Of a stretch of DNA of 64,000 bases, positions 27,699 to 35,042 are shown piece by piece; the stretch's first letter is position 1, and every line of letters starts with the position of its first letter. The position numbers and the translations under genes are program-made. This stretch comes from Bacteroidales bacterium (GTDB lineage Bacteria; Bacteroidota; Bacteroidia; Bacteroidales; Muribaculaceae), in the NCBI GenBank assembly GCA_014800735.1, contig JAAVFP010000051.1, positions 10,004 to 74,003 of the forward strand, given 5' to 3'. The notes under the pieces were generated by a model, which made no database searches, was not told the DNA's origin, and saw only the letters and a program-made list of their open reading frames with translations.

Positions 27699-29177
27699 AT
27701 GCCCCTTCACGTAATCGTTATCATCACCATCATCGGCTACTTCCTGCTTCTGATGGGAATATCGTGGTTCGCCTCGCGCGGCTCCGACAACTCAACGTTC
27801 TTCACCGGTAACCGCAAGACGCCCTGGCCCGTGGTGGCCTTCGCCATGATTGGCGCCGCAATTTCAGGTGTAACTTTCATCTCCGTGCCCGGCATGGTGG
27901 CCGCCAAAGGCTACGCCTACCTGCAGATGGTGCTCGGCTTCATCGTGGGCTACTTCGTGATTGCCTTCGTGCTCGTGCCCATGTTCTACAAGCGCAACCT
28001 CATTTCCATCTACGGCTATCTTGAGCAGCGCTTCGGCCGCTCCACCTACCGTTCCGGCGCCTGGTTCTTCTTCCTGTCCAAGATGCTCGGTGCGGCCGTA
28101 CGCTTCTTTGTGGTGTGCGCCGTCCTCCAGATGCTTGTATTCTCGCCCCTCCACATCCCCTTCATCTTCAACGTAATCGTCACCATCGCCCTCATCTGGC
28201 TCTACACGGTGCAGGGTGGCGTGAAAACCCTCATCTGGACCGACACCCTCAAGAGCTTCTGCCTCATCATGTCGGTAATCCTGTGCATCTACTTCGTGGC
28301 CACCAACCTGGGCTTCTCCTTCGGTGAGCTCACCACCGCCATCACCAGCCACGAAAGCTCGCGCATGTTCTTCTTCGACAACCCCAAGGAAGGCACCTAC
28401 TTCTGGAAGCAGTTCCTGGCCGGCGTGTTCATGGCAATCGCCACCACCGGCCTTGACCAGGACATGATGCAGCGCAACCTTGCCTGCGCCGACCACAAAC
28501 AGAGTCAGAAGAACATGATTGTCAGCGGCATCACCCAGTTCTTCGTCATCGCACTCTTCCTGCTGCTCGGCACTCTGCTCGTAATTTTCATCGACAGCAA
28601 GGGAATAGCCATGCCTGAAAAGAGCGACGAACTCTTCGGCCTCGTGGCCACTCACCCCGATGTTCCCATCGTTGTTGGCATCCTCTTTGTGCTCGGTCTG
28701 GTGTCGGCCGCCTACTCAGCTGCCGGTTCGGCCCTCACCTCGCTCACAACCTCATTTACCGTTGATATCCTCGGTGCCCACAAAAAGCAGGACGACAAGC
28801 AGCTCACCCGCACCCGCAAGGGCGTGCACGTGCTCATGTCCACAATCATGGGCCTCGTGATTATAGCATTCTGGTACCTCAGCGACCAGGATGCCATCTC
28901 GGCTGTCTACACCCTGGCTTCCTATACCTACGGTCCCATCCTGGGTCTGTTCGTCTACGGCATGTTCTGGAAGAAACCCGTGCATGACCGCTGGGTACCC
29001 GCCGTTTGCATCGCCGCGCCCATCCTGTCCTATTTCCTCCAGCTCGGCCTCAAAGCCTGGTTCGGCTATGAAACAAGCTTCGAGCTGCTGATTATCAACG
29101 CGGTCATCACTGTCATCGGCCTGCGCCTGCTGTCCATCGGCAAAAAAGCCGAAGCAACCCACGAAAGTAACTCATAG
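27699..29177 (+). CDS. Sodium:solute symporter (SSS family)
   Basis: ISGVTFISVPG, SIYGYLEQRFG, GLDQDMMQRNL; many TM helices. Confidence 0.9.
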   Translation: MPLHVIVIITIIGYFLLLMGISWFASRGSDNSTFFTGNRKTPWPVVAFAMIGAAISGVTFISVPGMVAAKGYAYLQMVLGFIVGYFVIAFVLVPMFYKRNLISIYGYLEQRFGRSTYRSGAWFFFLSKMLGAAVRFFVVCAVLQMLVFSPLHIPFIFNVIVTIALIWLYTVQGGVKTLIWTDTLKSFCLIMSVILCIYFVATNLGFSFGELTTAITSHESSRMFFFDNPKEGTYFWKQFLAGVFMAIATTGLDQDMMQRNLACADHKQSQKNMIVSGITQFFVIALFLLLGTLLVIFIDSKGIAMPEKSDELFGLVATHPDVPIVVGILFVLGLVSAAYSAAGSALTSLTTSFTVDILGAHKKQDDKQLTRTRKGVHVLMSTIMGLVIIAFWYLSDQDAISAVYTLASYTYGPILGLFVYGMFWKKPVHDRWVPAVCIAAPILSYFLQLGLKAWFGYETSFELLIINAVITVIGLRLLSIGKKAEATHESNS

Positions 29178-29209
29178 AACTCAGCATAAGATTGATTATT
29201 AGGTTTGCA

Positions 29210-29250
29210 GCGGTGAGCGGTCTCCGGACCGCCCACCGCATTTTTATTTA
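29210..29250 (+). terminator. Rho-independent terminator
   Basis: gcggtgagcgg / ccgcccaccgc stem plus T-run. Confidence 0.7.
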
Positions 29251-29296
29251 CCTGACAATTGCAAATTTCAGGAATATTCATTAATTTTGCATCATA

Positions 29297-29464
29297 ATGG
29301 CAAAACCGATTAGAAATACGCCGATTTTAAGTGGACATGACAGCATGGTGTTCCACTCCGAAATTTCTCAGCTCCCCACTGCCGATGAGCGCAAGCGTGA
29401 GCGTGAGCGCATTGCTGCGAGTGTTGAGCAGCTCAAATTGATGATTGCCAACCTCCCGGAATGA
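29297..29464 (+). CDS. 55-aa putative antitoxin (not in the ORF track)
   Basis: MAKPIRNTPILSGHDSMVFHSEISQLPTADERKRERERIAASVEQLKLMIANLPE; TAATTTTG at 29282-29289; stop overlaps the GNAT start (ATGA). Confidence 0.75.
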   Translation: MAKPIRNTPILSGHDSMVFHSEISQLPTADERKRERERIAASVEQLKLMIANLPE

Positions 29465-30090
29465 CTCCTGACTCCAACAGCATACCCTTCAGACGGCTTA
29501 CTCCCGAATCTGTCCTTTTACCTTTTGACTGTGGGAACACTGACTTGACTGACTACTTTTATAGTTCGGCCAAACAAGATATGAAGAAACTTCTATCAGT
29601 CACCTATTATCTTGAAGCCGAGGGTAAAACCGTCCTGTTCTTCACTCTTTCCAACGATAAAATATCTGAAACAGCACAAAAAAGAGGCGGAGAGCCATTA
29701 TTTTCAAGGAATTTCTTCAGAAAAATCAAAGATAAATTCGGTCGTCCCAAGCACCGTTCCGACTATCCGGCAGTAAAAATCGGACGTTTCGGCGTAAACA
29801 GCGCCTACCGCAACTCCGGCAATCACTGGGGTTCGAGAACACTCGACTTCATCAAATATTGGATGATTACGGAGAATAAAACCGGCTGCTGTTTCATCAC
29901 TGTGGATGCCTACGCAACCGCCGTTGGTTTTTATATAAAGAACGGCTTTAAATTCCTCGGAGAAAAAGAACGCAAGGGCTATGAGGACTGGATTGCAAAG
30001 AATCCCGACTTCAGGACCCGTGAGCACATTGACGACATACCAACTTATGCAATGTATTTCAACCTGCTTTCATTGGTTGATGTGGATTAA
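29461..30090 (+). CDS. GNAT acetyltransferase, toxin-like
   Basis: FDCGNTDLTDY, PAVKIGRFGV, ITVDAY, FYIKNGF, typical of TacT/AtaT-like GNATs. Confidence 0.82.
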   Translation: MTPDSNSIPFRRLTPESVLLPFDCGNTDLTDYFYSSAKQDMKKLLSVTYYLEAEGKTVLFFTLSNDKISETAQKRGGEPLFSRNFFRKIKDKFGRPKHRSDYPAVKIGRFGVNSAYRNSGNHWGSRTLDFIKYWMITENKTGCCFITVDAYATAVGFYIKNGFKFLGEKERKGYEDWIAKNPDFRTREHIDDIPTYAMYFNLLSLVDVD

Positions 30091-30229
30091 TTCTTATCTC
30101 GTGAGTTTTGTTACTGTGCATTAGCCTTGGCTAATGATGGGGCTGAATTTGCAACTTTTAGGACGGGAAATAGCTAAAAAATGTTTTGCTGTGGTATTTT
30201 CGCGGGATTTTCGCTAACTTTGCAGCCAA

Positions 30230-31624
30230 ATGTTTGACGCAATAGGACAATTCATCGTAAACACCGCCGAAATTCTGTGCGGTTATCCCCTTTTCTTCCT
30301 CCTGATCGGAGGCGGACTCTACTTGTTTCTAAGTTCAGGCGCGGTGTCGCTGCGCCGCTTGCCCGCAGCCATGGGCGAGTTACGCCGCAAGAATTCCAAG
30401 GCCGACAACGGCCAGATTTCATCCGTGCAGGCTCTGGCATCAGTCGTGGCCGCCACCGTGGGCCTCGGCAATATAGCCGGTGTGGCCATCGCTCTGGTGA
30501 TGGGTGGCCCGGGAGCTATATTCTGGATGTGGGTCAGCGCCTTGGTGGGCATGGCAACCAAATACCACGAAGGTGTGCTCGCAATTATGTATAAGGGCAA
30601 GGACGACCAGGGCAATCCCCAGGGCGGTCCCATGCACATAATTGAGCAAGGTCTTGGCCCGAAATGGACCCCTCTTGCCAAATTCTTCGCCATCGCCGGC
30701 TTGTTCGGCACGCTCTGCATCATGAACGCCAACCAGCTCACCGAGGCTTTCATGACCACTTTCACCACTCCCGAAGCAATCAACAGCAACACCTTCATCT
30801 CCACCCTGGGCGGATGGCTGAGCCTTGAAAACGTGCGCGTCTACCGCCTGCTCTTCGGCATCGCCATCGCTGCCATCGTGGCCGTTGTGATTCTTGGCGG
30901 CATCAAGCGCATTGCAAGCGTGGCAACCGTAATGGTGCCGTTCATGGTCGGCCTCTACTTTCTGATGGTGCTCTATATCATCATTACCAACATCCACGGC
31001 GTGCCCGCTGTGTTCCGCAGTATCTTCACAGAAGCGTTCAACCTGCGCGCTGGCATAGGCGCATTGGCAGGCATAGCCATCATCGGCGCACGCCGCGCAG
31101 CCCTGGTCAACGATGCCGGTATAGGCACAGCCTCGATTATGCACGGCGCCTCGCGCAACGACCAGCCTGTGCGCGAAGGACTTGTGGCCATGCTCGGACC
31201 CAGCATCGACTCCGGCCTGGTGTGCACCCTCACCGCCGTGGCCATCCTGCTCTGCGGCGATATCCACGTGGAGGGAGTCAAGGGCCTCGAGGTTGCCATG
31301 GGCGCGTTCAAAACAGCCATCCCCTACGGCGACATCCTGCTGATGTGCATCGTAATATGCTTCGCAATGTCGTCCATGTTCTCCTATTCCTTCTACGGCA
31401 CCACCTGCGCCAACTACCTTTTCGGCACCCGCCGCGGCCGCTACTACGTGTGGTTCTTCCTCGCCACTCTCGTTATCTTCGCCATAGTGCCTCTTGAAAC
31501 CGCCGTGGGCTTCTGCGACCTTTTCTACGCCCTCATGGCCATTCCCACGATGATTGCTGTCATATCGCTCAGCAAGCACGTGCGCCGGGCCACCAAAGAA
31601 TACTTCAACCGTCCGAAATCCTGA
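30230..31624 (+). CDS. Alanine/glycine:cation symporter (AGCS family)
   Basis: ATVGLGNIAGVAIAL, GGPGAIFWMW, GGPM, NDAGIGTA. Confidence 0.92.
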   Translation: MFDAIGQFIVNTAEILCGYPLFFLLIGGGLYLFLSSGAVSLRRLPAAMGELRRKNSKADNGQISSVQALASVVAATVGLGNIAGVAIALVMGGPGAIFWMWVSALVGMATKYHEGVLAIMYKGKDDQGNPQGGPMHIIEQGLGPKWTPLAKFFAIAGLFGTLCIMNANQLTEAFMTTFTTPEAINSNTFISTLGGWLSLENVRVYRLLFGIAIAAIVAVVILGGIKRIASVATVMVPFMVGLYFLMVLYIIITNIHGVPAVFRSIFTEAFNLRAGIGALAGIAIIGARRAALVNDAGIGTASIMHGASRNDQPVREGLVAMLGPSIDSGLVCTLTAVAILLCGDIHVEGVKGLEVAMGAFKTAIPYGDILLMCIVICFAMSSMFSYSFYGTTCANYLFGTRRGRYYVWFFLATLVIFAIVPLETAVGFCDLFYALMAIPTMIAVISLSKHVRRATKEYFNRPKS

Positions 31625-31630
31625 TAATAT

Positions 31631-32497
31631 ATGATTTCCGAATTTATAACCTGGGACGTCAATCCCGTTCTGATTGACAGTTTTGTCACCATCCGCTGGT
31701 ACGGACTCATGTTCGCCATCGGTTTCTGGATTGGCTTCAACATTGTGTCCAACATGTTCAAGCACGAGGGTGTGCCCGAAAAATGGGTCGGCATCCTCCT
31801 TATCTATGTAGGCGTGGCCACCCTGGTGGGTTCGCGCCTGGGCCATGTGTTCTTCTACCAGTGGGACTACTACTCGCAGCACCCCTGGAAAATCCTCGCC
31901 ACCTGGGAGGGTGGCCTCGCGTCCCACGGCGGCGCCATCGGCATCATCATCGCCGTTATCCTCTACTCCATCTTCACCACCAAGCGCAACCCGCTGTGGA
32001 CATTCGACCGCCTCACCGTGGCCATCGCACTTGTGGGCGGCCTCATCCGCATCGGCAATCTGATGAACTCCGAAATCTTCGGCGTGCCCACCACCCTGCC
32101 ATGGGGTTTCAAGTTCGTCCGCTCGGCTGAGTGGCACGCACTCTACGAAGGTGTCGCCTGCCATCCCACTCAAATCTACGAGGCCCTCACCTACCTGGCT
32201 CTCTTCGCCCTGATGATGTGGATGTACTGGAAGAAGAACTGCGGCGAGCGCCCCGGCCTGCTCTTCGGCACATTCCTGATCGGCACCTTCGGCTCGCGCA
32301 TCCTGTGGGAAACCATCAAGAACGACCAGGTACCATTCGAGGCTACCATGACCCTCAACATGGGCCAGTGGCTCAGCATCCCCTTCGTGGTTCTGGGCAT
32401 CATCCTGATTGTGTGGGCGCTCACACATCCCCGCAAGGAAATCAAGTACACCAACCAGTGGGCTCCCGAACCCGTCCCGGCTAAGAAAAAACGATGA
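31631..32497 (+). CDS. lgt: Prolipoprotein diacylglyceryl transferase
   Basis: IRWYG, GGLASHGG, RIGNLMNSE, HPTQIYE. Confidence 0.96.
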   Translation: MISEFITWDVNPVLIDSFVTIRWYGLMFAIGFWIGFNIVSNMFKHEGVPEKWVGILLIYVGVATLVGSRLGHVFFYQWDYYSQHPWKILATWEGGLASHGGAIGIIIAVILYSIFTTKRNPLWTFDRLTVAIALVGGLIRIGNLMNSEIFGVPTTLPWGFKFVRSAEWHALYEGVACHPTQIYEALTYLALFALMMWMYWKKNCGERPGLLFGTFLIGTFGSRILWETIKNDQVPFEATMTLNMGQWLSIPFVVLGIILIVWALTHPRKEIKYTNQWAPEPVPAKKKR

Positions 32498-33351
32498 AGC
32501 GCCTGCTGCCCTTTCTCCTGGCCATTCTCGCAGCCGTGATTCCCGCGCTTGCGGACGACCCTGCCAAACCGCTCCGCACCGTGCCCGACGACGAGGAGGA
32601 TCCCTACTATCTTCTGTGCGAGGAAGCCGACCGCGCTATTGCAGCCGCCGACTACGAAACCGCCGCCACACGTCTGCTCGAAGCTCTGTCGCTGCACCCC
32701 AACTTCGAGGGCAACATCCTGCTGCTATCCAACCTCGGCATGGTCTACTCGTGTCTCGACCGCGACAGCCTGGCCATATCCACCTTCGACGAGGCCCTTT
32801 CGCGCGCTCCGGGCCAGCGCACAGTGCTCAACAACCGCGCACGCGTGCTCCTGAAAATGGGTCGTGACGACGAAGCCTACGATGATTTCGAAACCATCAT
32901 CGAGGCCGACTCCATCAACCTCGACGCCCGCTTCTACCACGGCACGATGGCGCTCTTCACCGGCGACCTCGCCACGGCTGAAGCCGACTTTGCCGTGCTG
33001 CGCAACATCGCTCCCGAAAGCACCGCCACTGCCGAAGCTCTCTCGGCCCTCTACACCCTCACCGGCCGCGATGCCGAGGCAGTGCCCTATCTCCGGCGTC
33101 TCATTGCCCTCGATCCTTCGGGCGAATACTATGCCTCCCTGGCCGGATGCTACCTGCAACTGGAGCGCTTCAACGATGCCTCCGAAACCATCGAACTCGG
33201 CCTGGCACACTACCCGCGCGACCCGGAGCTGTACTACTACCGCGCACGCCTGAAAAAGGAACGCTACCTGTTTGACGAGGCCCATGCCGACGCCGACCGC
33301 GCCGTGGCCCTGGGTCTGTCGCCACGCAAAGCGGCCGAATTGTTCAAATAG
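32494..33351 (+). CDS. Exported tetratricopeptide-repeat protein
   Basis: Signal peptide and repeated TPR-like helices (SNLGMVY, NNRARV, YYYRAR). Confidence 0.8.
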   Translation: MKRLLPFLLAILAAVIPALADDPAKPLRTVPDDEEDPYYLLCEEADRAIAAADYETAATRLLEALSLHPNFEGNILLLSNLGMVYSCLDRDSLAISTFDEALSRAPGQRTVLNNRARVLLKMGRDDEAYDDFETIIEADSINLDARFYHGTMALFTGDLATAEADFAVLRNIAPESTATAEALSALYTLTGRDAEAVPYLRRLIALDPSGEYYASLAGCYLQLERFNDASETIELGLAHYPRDPELYYYRARLKKERYLFDEAHADADRAVALGLSPRKAAELFK

Positions 33352-33410
33352 CAAAAACTTTTTATCCACCGGGGTGTTTTGGTTATTATAACCGAAATTC
33401 AACCCTGACA

Positions 33411-34706
33411 ATGAAAAAGCTTCTACCTTCTTTTCTGGTCCTGGCTCTGACAGCCGGCTCCGGCGTTGCTAATGCCCGAAACAACAACCAGATTCCGGCC
33501 GACTCCGTGATGAGCCGCGTGCATGTGGTCACCGGCAATTCAGCCATTGCCTCGCACCGCGAAAATATAATGGTGATGAATATGGCCTTCAACCCGGCTT
33601 TCGAGGACCCCTCCGCCCCGCGCTTCCTGTTTCTTGACCGCGAAGGTAAAGTTGCTCTCGGCATCGGCGGTACGGTCAAAGCCGAAGCCATGTACGACAT
33701 GAACGGAGCTATCAACAACAACAGCTTTGTCACCAGTCAGATTCCCGTGCCTTTCAACCCGGCCCAGCGTAATCGCTTCGGCGCCACGGCCACTCACTCC
33801 GGCATATTCCTGAAACTTGTCACCCAGCCCACCCGCATCGGCCGTATCATTGTGTACGTGCAGAGCGAATTCACCGGCGACGACGGTGCCTACGGCTTCC
33901 AGCTCAAGCAGGCCTACGTGCAGGTCGGCCACCTCACCCTGGGTAAAGCCCGTTCAACATTCTCGGATGGTCCCGCCATGGCTCCTACCATCGACGACCA
34001 GGGCCCCTCGGGCCAGGTGACCGCCAAGAACATGCTGGTTCAGTACGCCACCTCCAACTACAGCGGCTTCACGGCAGCTATCGCCGCCGAGCTGCCCTCG
34101 GCCACCTACACCGAAGGCACTGCCACTTCCTCGATTGCCCAGCGATTCCCCGATATTCCCGTCTACGCCCAGTACGCCTGGAACAGGGGTGAAAGCCATG
34201 CACGCATTTCGGGCATACTCCGCCAGCTCAGCTACCGCGACGATGCCGCAGCCGCCAATCACTTCGTCACCGGCTGGGGTGTGCAGTTCTCGCTCGTGTC
34301 CAAAATTGCGGGCGGTCTCGACATCTTCGGCCACTACACCTACGGCAAAGGCATCGGTTCATATATCAACGACCTTGCCGACGACGGCTTCGACCTGATT
34401 GCCGACGCCAACAACCCCGGCAAGCTCGTGGCACCCGGCTCGGCCGGCTACACCGCAGGCCTGCAGTACACCTTCTCGCCCCGCTTCTTCATGACCGGTT
34501 CCTACAGCCACGCACAGCTCTACGACGCTGGCCACCTGGGCGGCGACACCTACCGTTCGGGCCAGTACATCGACTTCAACGCCTTCTACAACGTGTGGGA
34601 CGGTCTCCGCGTAGGCCTGGAATACATCCACGGAAACCGCACTGACTACAACGGCCAGACCGGCCGCGCCAACCGCCTGCTGGCCATGCTCCAGTACAAT
34701 TTTTAA
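33411..34706 (+). CDS. DcaP-like outer-membrane porin
   Basis: Signal peptide; LGIGGTVK, FQLKQAY, YGKGIGSY; beta-strand pattern ending QYNF. Confidence 0.75.
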   Translation: MKKLLPSFLVLALTAGSGVANARNNNQIPADSVMSRVHVVTGNSAIASHRENIMVMNMAFNPAFEDPSAPRFLFLDREGKVALGIGGTVKAEAMYDMNGAINNNSFVTSQIPVPFNPAQRNRFGATATHSGIFLKLVTQPTRIGRIIVYVQSEFTGDDGAYGFQLKQAYVQVGHLTLGKARSTFSDGPAMAPTIDDQGPSGQVTAKNMLVQYATSNYSGFTAAIAAELPSATYTEGTATSSIAQRFPDIPVYAQYAWNRGESHARISGILRQLSYRDDAAAANHFVTGWGVQFSLVSKIAGGLDIFGHYTYGKGIGSYINDLADDGFDLIADANNPGKLVAPGSAGYTAGLQYTFSPRFFMTGSYSHAQLYDAGHLGGDTYRSGQYIDFNAFYNVWDGLRVGLEYIHGNRTDYNGQTGRANRLLAMLQYNF

Positions 34707-35042
34707 AAACTTTTTCGCTCCAATCGGTGTTAACATAATACCGACAGTGATAACACGGCTCCCCCGCCCGGGGGCAGCCCCGATAGATTGACCTTTTATG
34801 GTTGAATGTTATATAATTCTGCACGGTTGCCCCGTGGGTGCTCAGTCGCCCCCGGGGCAATTTTCATAAAAAGGCCTGAAAAAAACCGCGCGCACACCGT
34901 GTTCCGAGCGCAGCGAGGAAGCCCCCTGCACCCCCATGAGCAAAAAAGCGGATAACCACCGGCAGTTTTTGCGCCAAAAATGCGCGGTATTCCGCATTTT
35001 TTCATTAGCTTTGTTGATTATTTCGAATCGCTACGGACAAAG

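Noticed and set aside
29385-29411. gagcgt/gagcgc hexamer repeats
   Set aside because: Explained by ERKRERER codons of the antitoxin ORF
34728-34758. TAACA/CGACA/TAACA at about 10-bp spacing, a possible regulator box
   Set aside because: Too short and degenerate, and far from the next promoter element
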